From contig BROI01000007.1 of the NCBI GenBank assembly GCA_027923505.1, positions 930,001-994,000 on the forward strand: a stretch of 64,000 bases of DNA, in the 5' to 3' direction. Source of the DNA: Mayamaea pseudoterrestris. Lineage: Eukaryota. The translations under genes were made by a program, and so were the position numbers. The notes beneath the pieces were generated by a model. It worked only from the letters and a program-made list of their open reading frames with translations. It did not search any database and had not been told where the DNA came from. Shown piece by piece: positions 32,526 through 42,994 of the stretch; within the stretch, counting starts at the first letter, position 1, and every line of letters begins with the position of its first letter.

Positions 32526-32853
32526 GTTAGTATGACAGCAGGACGGATGGAGATGTGAAAGAGGTGCAACCGAGATCCATCCATCAACGGCAGACACGAT
32601 TCGAGAGCAAGCCATCTGTTTGTTCCTTGGCGAACCGGAGATTCATTGTGCGTCATCAAACTCGTAGCGGTACTCATGAGCAATTGTCGCAGCATCATCA
32701 AACCATAACCCAATTTTCCACCGTCCATTTTCTCACGCGCGACGAGCCCTTCATTCGTTCCGTCACGCGTCGTCACCCTCGCTCGTCCTCGAAACAACAA
32801 GCCAAGTTAGCTTCCTTGTCACTGCCTTCTTTACTTTTGCTTGATTATCAACC

Positions 32854-33541
32854 ATGATTATATACAAGTGCCGCTTCACCGGAGACGAAATGCTTTCCGA
32901 TGCCTTCAAGCCGGTTCCCGTCGTTGACGAGGAAGGCAACGAGGTGGAAGGTCTCATTCAGATTCAGTCGCAAAAAGTCAGCAAGGTATGATGCCATTTG
33001 CTCAAATGAGTGGTATATATGAGGGATTGATACGTCCTGTCATCTCGACAAAGAATGTTGGGAACGTCTATAATGTTTTGCGATTGTCGTTCGCATATGC
33101 TCATTTGTCTCATGCTCGCTCCATTATCAGGACTCTGGCGCTTCGGTTGACATTGGTTGCGGAAACGAGTTTGGAGGAGGCGACGATGACATTGACGGCA
33201 ACGTTGAAACTGTCAACAATGTCGTTGACGAAACTCTTGGATTCGATCTTCACGAAATCCCAATGGGCAAGAAGGATGTCAAGGAATACTTGCAGGGCTT
33301 TTGCAAGAATCTTCGCCAAAAGCTAAAGGACGACCCCAATGTTCCCGGGCCAGAGGTCAAGGCCTTTACGCAGTCGGCTCCCAATCTTTGCAAGTGGATC
33401 TTGAGCCAATATGATGACATGCAGTTCTACACGAGCAGCAGCATGGACCCGGACGGTAGCATGGCGTTTGCGTACTATGGCGACGGCGTCGACCCAAAGT
33501 TTGTCTTCATCAAGGCTGGTTTACTTGAGGAGAAGTGTTAA
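32854..33541 (+). CDS. TCTP: Translationally controlled tumour protein, 2 exons
   Basis: MIIYKCRFTGDEMLSDAF..; intron 32986-33130; ..QFYTSSSMDPDG..KAGLLEEKC. Confidence 0.93.
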
Positions 33542-33762
33542 ATTGATGTTGTTGTAGACTATTACTATACAACTAAAGATGGTGTTTTACGACGAATGCG
33601 TTGTTGTGCAAATACAGAAGTTTGACAGTGCGATTAGTTTGCGACAGCATAGTCATGGATTTGTGATTTTTTATCTACTTTGTGCCGCTTAACGATGTGC
33701 ACAGCTACGAATGCATCAAGGTCGTAATTACATTTAATAAGAGGAAAGCAAGTCATTCGACA

Positions 33763-34252
33763 TCATAACCGTACAGGTGCACACTCTTCCTCCTCCAGCA
33801 TCATGTTTGGTATTTCGTTTTCGACTGGAAACTCTCGGCCAGTGGCTGGACATGTCAGCAAACCCTCGACGAGATGAACATTCATCAATACATGATAGAG
33901 AGCCTTTAGAAATTCCGGATCGTTTGCTAAGTCCTCCGTTAGTTGCGGCGGTAGCGTTGGAATGCCCATATCGGCTGCAGCCTGCGCCGAGTTACAAAAG
34001 ATGAAGAGAGGTATCAGCATACTGCCTGCATAGAACCTACTACCGGTAGGGTTCACCAAAATCGACCATCCTTACCTTGACAAGCGCCTGCCATTCCAAA
34101 CTCGGTAGCATATTTCTGACAAACTGAATCTCCCTTGCGCCAATTTCGCCTTCCTCGACTCGAACTTTGGTCACCGTGATGCGCAATGGAAAGCCCCGGT
34201 CCTTGGCATCACCCGAGTTGTTTGCTAGTGTATTGTGAGTTAATAGTCTCAT
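33763..34252 (-). CDS. TRM112: TRM112 methyltransferase activator, 2 exons
   Basis: MRLLTHN..GFPLRI..; intron 33982-34075; LTCPATGREFPVENEIPNM. Confidence 0.93.
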
Positions 34253-34776
34253 TTTTTGAATTGTTTGTTTCCTAACGTATACGTTTAGTAGGCTGAATTA
34301 GCGACTTGCTGGGCGATGCCAACTGCTTTGACGAGAGCGAGGACGACGTCGCTGCGTCCCTTTCAAACGATGAGTCGTGCTATAAGCGAACGGGCAATAA
34401 TCTGTCAGTTCAACGCGACAGGAGATGGGAAATGAATCTACCGATGCTGTATGCAGGATTTGCGCGTTTCGATCTTGCTCTTCGTCATGGTCGAATTGAA
34501 ACGATTGGAAGAAACGAGATGTCATAGCGGTAATGAACTAGCTATCGCTTGAACAGACTGCCAATCCTTGGAAGCTCCTGTTAAGCATCGTTTCAACGCG
34601 TTCGGCGCAATTAGAAAATGATAGTGTAATGTTCAGATAGTTTCGTGCGTTGGCTGGGAAGAGTGCCAGTGGATATATAGCAGGACGTGCACTATACTGA
34701 CTTGCTAAGTCTACCACTCAAGTATACTACTGTACATATCTTCTACATCATAAACACATTTTATCTTACACAACAA

Positions 34777-36046
34777 TTACACTTGCTCCCGACGCTGAGT
34801 ATCGTCCTCCGTTCGACCGTCCTCATGAATGTATGTCTCCATGGATTGAATGGCCCGGCCATCCGCATACATCGGTCCAAGGACAGAGGATATCTTGTCC
34901 AAAAAATTGTCGTCATGATCCGCCACATCCATCAAATCAATGGGGCGCGAATCTGTAGACGTTGCAGGCGGCTGGTGCTCACGTGCATAGGCTGATGACA
35001 CAATGGGCGACGCCTGAGGTGCGCTGACGATGGGCATTGGCGTCTCCATCTGCTGCTCAATTCCCAATGGATCCATGGCACGCAAGTGCTGCTGCTGGCG
35101 TCTCAAAATCTGTTCCGACTGTAAATAGTCATGCGAAGATCCATGATGCGACGAGCCATGCGGTAAGGAGCGATGTCGGACAGCCATTAGCGCTGATGCT
35201 GACGGATTACTCGTATTGCCGCTCCAGCTTGAATGTCCGGCCTGCGCCGTCATGGGCGCTCTGCTAAATTCAGTATCGTACCCGTAAAAGTCCAAAACTC
35301 CCGAATGCGGGCGAAGCGAAATGGACTGCATTTGCGGTAGTAAATTCGAAGCAGAGTCATTGAACGAGTACATGGGAGCGCGAGGAGGTAAATCCGATCG
35401 CTCCGCTGCAGCCGAAGAAAATGAAGCAAGCACATTCTGAACGCTCCGGACTTGCTGCGTCCGTGGCGACATGGACAAATGTCCATCCGATTCGCCTCCC
35501 CTGCTGCTGCTCAAGCCTTCAATTCGTTTGCATTTCTTCTTGCGCCCCTCCAGGGCATTCACAGCGTCTCGAACCGCATGTCCCACCTTTTCCTTGGCTT
35601 GAGGCTCGCTAAGCTCCACCCACTTGTTAATGTGATGATCCTTTTTGAGAAATCGACCGCCCTCTTTCTTGACGCGATCCATAATGTTGTGCACTACGAG
35701 TGATTTCTCGAATCGATTCTCCGCCCTCAAGTAGTCATCCATTGATCCCGAGACGGCATCGCGAAACCATTTGTTACCAGCTGTATAGAATGGTAAATGT
35801 TAAAACGTAGTTTATCATGAAATTACAGTCAATGCATTGCTGCGCCTTGGCATGCAGCTGCCGCTTCGGAAACTTACAGTGATTGAAGGAAGTCTTGCCT
35901 CGTCCGCAGAGCACATCAGACCTCCGAACATCAGGTCCTAGGCTCTGGCACAGAGTTGTTTCGATCTTTTCGCTATGCGTTTCACTGCCAATCGACATTG
36001 AAACGCTGTCTTCTTCATTGTGATTCCGAGGCGAAGAGAACATCAT
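34777..36046 (-). CDS. DUF6824-domain protein, 2 exons
   Basis: SDVLCGRGKTSFNH|SGNKWFR..GGRFLK..KEKVGHAVRD. Intron 35781-35877. Confidence 0.85.
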
Positions 36047-36642
36047 GGCTGTTGCTCTGCGATATTATTGTTGATCAAATGAGCAACATGGAAAGACTGC
36101 CCGCGCAGTATTCTACGCTACGGGGCCCGCACGTGGATTGGACAGTATGTCGAAGCGGCGAACGGCTCTACGACTGCCTCCAGCTTGGAAAGCACGAGCC
36201 AACCAAGCGGAGGTGCTATTGCCCGGGCTATTTCAAGCACACGACTTCACGTTGACGTGACTCGTGTCATACGAACATTGCCCCAAGACCAACCAAGACA
36301 ATGATATTTGCCCTGCGAGCGTAAGCAGGAACCGCTGATGTCAGTGCCAGAAAAGGGCAATGATAAATGACTAACAGCTTGAGGTTCGTCGGCTTCCATT
36401 TTCGTTTGTTCGAGCAGAAGGCAACCATTCTTATTGCCTATTTATCCTAAAATAGAATTCGCTTCTTGTCCACGGTGCACATATGACTGACCAGAAAAGA
36501 TTGCATGAAGGATCGAGTGGACTTTGAGTAAAGATACTCCGCCTTGCTAACAGACTGTTGTCTATGCTAAATATGGCGGAGCTACGTTAGCTAATACTGG
36601 TATGTATTGATTGACCAATGACCAAGCTGTGGATGTGGTAAC

Positions 36643-39600
36643 TCATTTGGCAGCCAGCTTGGCTTTGCGCTGCAGCTCTCGGTTCTTCTTCAGCTTGCTT
36701 TCCACTTCCAACGTTGCGCGAGAGCTGCGCAAGACGAGACCAAGCTTTACCACTGTTTCATTGTCACCCATGAGACCAGCCAGTGTTTCCTCGGCGGCAG
36801 TGTCCATTGGCTTTTTCTGGTGGCGCAATTGACACTCAACGACTGTCTTGTTGGAGGCAAGTGCTTTGCAGATTGCCTTAATTCCATCCCCTCGAATGTC
36901 ATTTTGCTCCAAAATAAGCTTTTCAATGCTCTTGTTCTTCGTCAGCGACGTTGCTAAAGCTACGGCGAAGGCATCATCCAACTCGAGCATTGTCATTTTG
37001 ACTGACTTAATGTGCGTGTTGGTGGCAAAGCTCGCAGCAGCGTCTAGTCGATCATTCTGGCGCATGGCTAGAAACAGCTTGTCGCCCACTAAATCAACTT
37101 CAGTAATGCTGGAGTCGTTTGCCGCAATCTGCTGGAACCAAGATTGCATCTTTCCCGCAGTCTTGAGCCGAGGCGGTGTGGTAGCCTTGCCCGCGTTGTC
37201 TACAAGGCGCGCTTTTCGAGCAATCTCCCGATTTGCCATGAGCTTCTTCTCGATTGTAGACTGAGCAAGAAGACTGCGAAGGTCAAGACCCAATTTGACA
37301 CAAGACACATTGGCATTAAATAAAGCGGGCAGAGAGTCTTCCGCGGTAGAGTCCATGGGCTTGAATTGGTGCCGGAGCTGCATTTCGACAATCGACTTGC
37401 TCCTTCCTAGAGCAGCGACAAGTGCCGGGATACCTTCGCTAGCAATCTTGTTGGACTCAAAGTTGATCTTTTCGACACAAGAGTTCGCGTCGATCGATTT
37501 CGCCATAGCAACACCAAACGCATCATCCAAGCCAAGCTGGCACATTCGAATCGTCTTGACATGGGTATTGTTAGCGAAAGAACGAGCAGCCTGCAGTCGT
37601 TCTTCTTGCGGCAAGGCCGTGAACAACTGATCCCCTACGAGATCGACTTCGGTGATCGAGGAGTCGTTGGCTGCAATCTTGTCAAAGAACTCTTCAATCT
37701 TGTTCCTTGACCTCTCGACACGCGTCCCCAACTTTACGGCATTCTTCATCCGCGCCTGACGAAGAAAGTCAATGTTGCGCACAACGAATTTGTTGATCTG
37801 GTCGCGCTCCCAGAGATTACGGACTCGGAGACTCATGGTTATGATACTGCGATTCACGCACATGCTTTTCGCGAGAGCAAACTCAGCCCGAGAACTGACG
37901 AGATGTCTCTGATTCTCAAGCTTGACGGATTGCAAGTACTTCCATGCCGCCTTGCTTGCCATGCACTTTGAGAGAGCGACAATACCCGCTTCGGTGAAGT
38001 AGTTGGTTTCTAAATTAATGGCCGATAATTTAGGAAGCAATCTTGGATCCTTCAAGCTGCGCTCACATAGCCGAATGAGCCACTCGTCTCCGCAGCCACT
38101 GTTGGCCACGTTGATATGCGTTAGCTCCTTTGATCGCGGATGATCTAGCAAAGCATCAGCAAACATTTCAGAAATTTTGCGACGATCAGCGTCTCCAATT
38201 GGAAAGCGCTTGAACAATTTCACTTGTGCCTGAAAAGCAAACGTCAAACCTCTGCCTTCGTCATCGTCGACGAGAAAGGATGAGATGAATTCGGGCGTTA
38301 AAAACAAATTATCTGCCGTATACTTGACGTTCATGGCACCAACTGAATTTTTCTTGGGCGAAGGTGACGCAAAATTAGTAGGTTTGTTTGAATCCCCATC
38401 GTCACTTGCGACACCGAGATCGTAATGCTTGTACTTTTTCGCCAACTCATTTAGCTCAAAGAGATATTCCCAATCATGATCGTCAGTAATGTTTTCAATC
38501 TCGCGCTCTTGTCGCACATGCTCAAAGTGCTCCTCCGCCCTAGTGGCTTCTCGCTCCAAAAAAGCCATAATCGTCGCATCCATGTTTCCCATTGACTTGC
38601 CCGGAGCCGCGTTCCGGTCCACAATAGCAGCAACTTCCTTTTTAATTTGCTTGTTTTTAAAGTCAAGTTTCAACCTTTGGATGGTATAATTCTTGCTTAT
38701 GGCGTCCAAAACATCCTCCTCGGCCGTGCCCATGACGGGCGAATGCTGCCCCTTCAGTTCAACGGTGCGGATGCTCTTGTTCTCGGCCATGGCTTGACAA
38801 AACTCCACGAGAGCATCCGACGTGAATGCATTGTTGGACAAGTCAATGTGCTCGAGCGTAAAGTTTGTTTCTAGTGAAGCAGATAGGGACGAAAGAAACT
38901 CATTGTCAAGCTCGGCTTGGGTCATGACAAGTTTCTTCAAATACAAGTTTGTTCGAAGGCCATCGCAAAAACTCAGCAGCTGCGATCGCTTCAGGTGAGC
39001 AACACGAGGGTCGGCCTTGATTTTGATTTCCGTCACGGACGGATCATTGGCAATCACTTTCTCCATGCTAGAAACAATATCATTGTCGCGGATCGATGGC
39101 CGACGACGTTGCGGAAAGCCATTGGCTGCCTTGATGCGAGCAACGAGTGTCTTGGCTTGCGGTAACTTGGACGAGTCTTGTAGTCGCTTCTGCACTGCTT
39201 CCAGCAACACGTCTTGTGGTTCTCGCAGCTGCACCATGGCCTTGGCTTGGGCAGACTTGGCAACGTCGGGCTTGTCAACGCGGCCGACGCCAAAATCCTT
39301 TTTGGCAGCAGCGTCAAGCACTGGAGCCTTTTTCAAACCCGTCATGTTGGACAACTTTCCAGTCGCCGCCTTCCACGACTTGCGAGGACTGAGACGCTTA
39401 CCATCCGTCTTTTGGAGCTTGACTTCTTCAGATGTTGTGTTGCCTTGATTTGTTTCCACCTTAAGCTCATGTTCGGTTTGCGCCAATTGCAAAGCTGAAA
39501 CCTCATCTGCAGCTTCCTTCTTTTTGCGCCATGACAGCGCCTTTTTCATTGGTGACGTTGGTGTTGAAGCCATGTCTCGATCACTCTTCTTTTTGCGCCA

Positions 39601-39843
39601 GGAAAGCTGCTTTCCGGAGCGACGAGGAGAGGCTGCTGCTTCACTATCAAATGGGGTTGTATCTGCTGTACCGGTAGAATCTTTTCCGGTATTGGCCGCC
39701 TTCTTTTTGCTGAGCCATGAACCTTGTCTGCGACTACTCCGCGTTTCGGATGATGCTGCTGCTGCATCGTTACTGTTGGAGTTTCCAGTCGGATTCCAAC
39801 GCGACGCAATGGACGACTTGGGTTTGGCCTTGACGTCCTGCAT
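36643..39843 (-). CDS. Protein with four tandem tropomodulin/leiomodin-type LRR modules
   Basis: Repeated xNDxSxTExxL..NxxL/VKxL..LxxNxI..LxxQ..N..I..L units (NDPSVTEI, INLETNYFTEAG..LENQ, and NDSSITEVDL twice). Confidence 0.75.
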   Translation of the reverse strand: MQDVKAKPKSSIASRWNPTGNSNSNDAAAASSETRSSRRQGSWLSKKKAANTGKDSTGTADTTPFDSEAAASPRRSGKQLSWRKKKSDRDMASTPTSPMKKALSWRKKKEAADEVSALQLAQTEHELKVETNQGNTTSEEVKLQKTDGKRLSPRKSWKAATGKLSNMTGLKKAPVLDAAAKKDFGVGRVDKPDVAKSAQAKAMVQLREPQDVLLEAVQKRLQDSSKLPQAKTLVARIKAANGFPQRRRPSIRDNDIVSSMEKVIANDPSVTEIKIKADPRVAHLKRSQLLSFCDGLRTNLYLKKLVMTQAELDNEFLSSLSASLETNFTLEHIDLSNNAFTSDALVEFCQAMAENKSIRTVELKGQHSPVMGTAEEDVLDAISKNYTIQRLKLDFKNKQIKKEVAAIVDRNAAPGKSMGNMDATIMAFLEREATRAEEHFEHVRQEREIENITDDHDWEYLFELNELAKKYKHYDLGVASDDGDSNKPTNFASPSPKKNSVGAMNVKYTADNLFLTPEFISSFLVDDDEGRGLTFAFQAQVKLFKRFPIGDADRRKISEMFADALLDHPRSKELTHINVANSGCGDEWLIRLCERSLKDPRLLPKLSAINLETNYFTEAGIVALSKCMASKAAWKYLQSVKLENQRHLVSSRAEFALAKSMCVNRSIITMSLRVRNLWERDQINKFVVRNIDFLRQARMKNAVKLGTRVERSRNKIEEFFDKIAANDSSITEVDLVGDQLFTALPQEERLQAARSFANNTHVKTIRMCQLGLDDAFGVAMAKSIDANSCVEKINFESNKIASEGIPALVAALGRSKSIVEMQLRHQFKPMDSTAEDSLPALFNANVSCVKLGLDLRSLLAQSTIEKKLMANREIARKARLVDNAGKATTPPRLKTAGKMQSWFQQIAANDSSITEVDLVGDKLFLAMRQNDRLDAAASFATNTHIKSVKMTMLELDDAFAVALATSLTKNKSIEKLILEQNDIRGDGIKAICKALASNKTVVECQLRHQKKPMDTAAEETLAGLMGDNETVVKLGLVLRSSRATLEVESKLKKNRELQRKAKLAAK

Positions 39844-40193
39844 AGTTGTCTATGAAGCAAAATTCATCTGCTTGAATCTTTCGGAGTCAGGTAGTCGGAG
39901 ACTGTCGGAGACTAATTGCATTAACTCGCAAAACCTGCTTGTTTGAATGAATGCGGCATCAGCACGATCAAAGCTTTTGGATGCAAACAAGAAGGTTGGG
40001 TCATTTGCGATGGTGTTTCGCCCGATCCAATCCATTCGTGAATGACCGTCATTGACATCTTTCAGAATCGCATCGGTTCTCACAATTTAAAAATTTTGGC
40101 GCGAAGGCGCGCACCATTCATTTCGTTCGATTCGATCCTACTTTTTGTTCTTACTCGTCTTCCTCCTTTTACTATATCCACTTTCGCTATACC

Positions 40194-41828
40194 ATGACGG
40201 ACGACGCAAGCATAAGAGCCGCCAAGAATGCTGGAGGCATTGCCTGGGAGGGCAGTCTCATGGGCGCGCAAAACCCCAAGAATTTTGGCTTTCGATACTC
40301 GACGCCATCCAAGCGATACCGCTTCGCCGACGACGACAACGACGACAAGAATGGTAGACAGCTTCCCACCAATTTACAGATTCAGTTTCAGAATCGATTG
40401 GGAGAGGAGCTGGCGCAGACGCTTGATGTTCCAACGAATGCGTCAGTGGATGATTTGACGGCACTGGTGCATGCCTTGCTGGAAGCATCCGACGATCGAA
40501 AGCTTCCACTCTCCTTTTACGCCAAGTTGCCACTCGACGCCAGCAACAAGTCCACATTAGCACCCGCAGACGACGTTGAAGTCACAACAACACTCGTCGA
40601 CTTGCTCCAGCAGCACCTTTCCATTAGCACCGAACACGTCTTGACACTCACCTACCAACCGCTGGCCGTCTTTCGCGTCCGCCCCGTCACGCGCTGCACC
40701 GACACGCTGCAAGGCCACGCGGAGGCGATTCTGCACGTTTCCTACAGTCCCAATGGCAAAATATTGGCCAGCGGCGGCGGCGACGCCTGCGTGCGCTTCT
40801 GGGACACGTTCACCAACACACCCAAGTTCACCAGTCAGGGACACAAGAACCATGTACTGTGCACGGCCTGGAGTCCGAACGGACAGCGGTTCGTCAGCGC
40901 CGACAAGAGTGGCGTCATGATTGTGTGGGACCCGACGACGGGACAGTGCATTGGCAAGCACATGAAGGCGCACAAGCAGTGGATCACCGGCTTAACGTGG
41001 GAGCCCATGCATTCCAACGTCGGCAAGTGCGAGCGACTCGCGTCGGCCAGCAAGGATGCCAGTGTCCGCGTGTGGAATGTTCGGACGCAGTCGGCGCTGT
41101 ACACACTGTCGGGTCATACTGATTCGGTGGAAGCGGTCGTGTGGGGAGGTGAAGGATTGATCTACACTGGCTCGCGCGATCGCACCATCAAGGTGTGGAG
41201 CGCCGATCGAGGCATACTGGTGCGCACGTTGGTGGGTCATGGGCATCGCGTCAACTCGCTGGCGCTTTCGAGCGACTTTATGCTGCGGACTGGTCCGTTT
41301 GATCACAAGAAATCCTTGTTCGAGTCACCGGATGAAGCCTACCAGGCTGCCTGCGACAAGTACAAGGAGTTTCGTCAGCAGCAAGGAACGGAGCGGCTGG
41401 TTTCGGGATCTGATGACTTTACCATTTTCCTGTGGCATCCGGAGGAGTCAAAGCAACCTGTCAAGCGACTGACTGGACATCAGCAGGCTGTCAATCACAT
41501 TGTGTTTAGTCCCGATGGACGCTACTTTGCGTCTGCTTCCTTTGACAAGAAGGTCAAGATTTGGAACGGCTTTTCTGGTGATTTCCTGTGCACATTGACC
41601 GGTCACGTTGGTGCCGTCTACCAAATAGCCTGGAGCGGTGACAGTCGATATTTGGTGAGTGCATCCAAGGATTCCACAGCCAAGCTGTGGGAAATGCCAA
41701 GCGGAAAAAAGGCGCGAGAAACGTTACCGGGTCATGCGGATGAAGTATATGCATTGGATTGGAGTCCCTATGGAGGAAGCGTTGCCACTGGTTCCAAAGA
41801 TCGAACAATCAAGATATGGAAGAATTAA
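40194..41828 (+). CDS. NLE1: Notchless/Rsa4 ribosome assembly WD40 protein
   Basis: NLE domain, YQPLAVFRVRPVTRC, eight WD repeats, ERLVSGSDDFT. Confidence 0.95.
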   Translation: MTDDASIRAAKNAGGIAWEGSLMGAQNPKNFGFRYSTPSKRYRFADDDNDDKNGRQLPTNLQIQFQNRLGEELAQTLDVPTNASVDDLTALVHALLEASDDRKLPLSFYAKLPLDASNKSTLAPADDVEVTTTLVDLLQQHLSISTEHVLTLTYQPLAVFRVRPVTRCTDTLQGHAEAILHVSYSPNGKILASGGGDACVRFWDTFTNTPKFTSQGHKNHVLCTAWSPNGQRFVSADKSGVMIVWDPTTGQCIGKHMKAHKQWITGLTWEPMHSNVGKCERLASASKDASVRVWNVRTQSALYTLSGHTDSVEAVVWGGEGLIYTGSRDRTIKVWSADRGILVRTLVGHGHRVNSLALSSDFMLRTGPFDHKKSLFESPDEAYQAACDKYKEFRQQQGTERLVSGSDDFTIFLWHPEESKQPVKRLTGHQQAVNHIVFSPDGRYFASASFDKKVKIWNGFSGDFLCTLTGHVGAVYQIAWSGDSRYLVSASKDSTAKLWEMPSGKKARETLPGHADEVYALDWSPYGGSVATGSKDRTIKIWKN

Positions 41829-41936
41829 ATGACTTTAGAAAGTTGTTCGCGCTAATGAATAGACACTTCATACGTTAATACTGCACTTTGTCATGGAACT
41901 AATAAACAGCTACCGGTACATGTATATATTTACTAA

Positions 41937-42731
41937 TCATTTTCGAGTGCGCTTCGATCGGGTCGAAACTGGAGGCGGAGCCGTCGCCTTGCGCTTATTC
42001 TTCTTGTCCGTCTGTTTGCCATCCTCTTCCGTCGTTGTCGTTTCGTCGGTCAGGGGTTCGGCGGCAACCTCCTCCTGCTCCGTGGCATCGTCGTCTCGTC
42101 GCGATGGACACTTGTCGCTCTTGTCTTGCGCTGCAGCTGCATCTTTCGCTTTAGTGCTTTGCCGTTTCATGGCACCAGCTTCTTCCCTTGACATGACAGT
42201 GACAGGCTTGCCATCGCTCTCAACTTGACTCAAGTATTTCAATGGCAAATGGTTGTCCGTCGTCGTTGTACTGGAGAACCATTTGTAATCCTGCGGAATC
42301 TTTCGCAACAGATGCGTTCCGGCAGCATATAATGACGACGACGCTCCTCCACCATGACTGTTATTGGCATGCGAGCTAATGTCGCGATTGTCAATGTAGC
42401 CATCCCAGCCAGTGAAAATGTTGCCGTGCGAGTACGTTTCCTCGTAGTAAACGTTTTCGGCAATGCCAATATGATTCTGCGTGGCGGCAATAGCGTCATT
42501 GACGCGCTGCAGCTCGTCCTCCAGTTCGTCGGCGGTATATATGCGATCGCTGTCTTGTATTGCTACTGATGATGATTTTGCTGATTCATGAATGTCTGCT
42601 TTTATAGGAGCAATGATATGATGGTGCTGCCGCAATTGTCGCTCGAGCTTTCGTTGCAGAATGGGAGGCAACACCTTGGCGGATGGTGGAGGCAACAAGG
42701 AGTCGCCGTTCGCTGGATCCCTCAAGTCCAT
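41937..42731 (-). CDS. EAF6: NuA4 histone acetyltransferase subunit EAF6-like
   Basis: Coiled coil followed by IGIAENVYYEETYSHGNIFTGWDGYI..KWFSSTT. Confidence 0.75.
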   Translation of the reverse strand: MDLRDPANGDSLLPPPSAKVLPPILQRKLERQLRQHHHIIAPIKADIHESAKSSSVAIQDSDRIYTADELEDELQRVNDAIAATQNHIGIAENVYYEETYSHGNIFTGWDGYIDNRDISSHANNSHGGGASSSLYAAGTHLLRKIPQDYKWFSSTTTTDNHLPLKYLSQVESDGKPVTVMSREEAGAMKRQSTKAKDAAAAQDKSDKCPSRRDDDATEQEEVAAEPLTDETTTTEEDGKQTDKKNKRKATAPPPVSTRSKRTRK

Positions 42732-42994
42732 GGCGAATTCTGATAGCAGAGGTATGACAAGCGTAGGTAGAGAGCGAAGAAGGTCCGATAAAATACAAAA
42801 TGGTTTGTGGCACAAATAGCCATGGTGATGGATGCATGGAAGCAACATCGTTCCGTCGTTGAGTACCGCTACGATCTCATTTTGGCTCGTAGCGGTTCTC
42901 ATATTCCGTGGTTCACCGTCGCACTCGTCACACAAGCAATGCGGATGCATCTTCATTGATCATTCCACATTTTCAAGCAAACGTAGTAGCCACC

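Noticed and set aside
32986..33130. Possible snoRNA in the TCTP intron
   Set aside because: No convincing C/D pair or H/ACA two-hairpin layout.
34298..34527. Short ORFs on both strands upstream of TRM112
   Set aside because: No motif or splice support. Likely promoter or UTR sequence.
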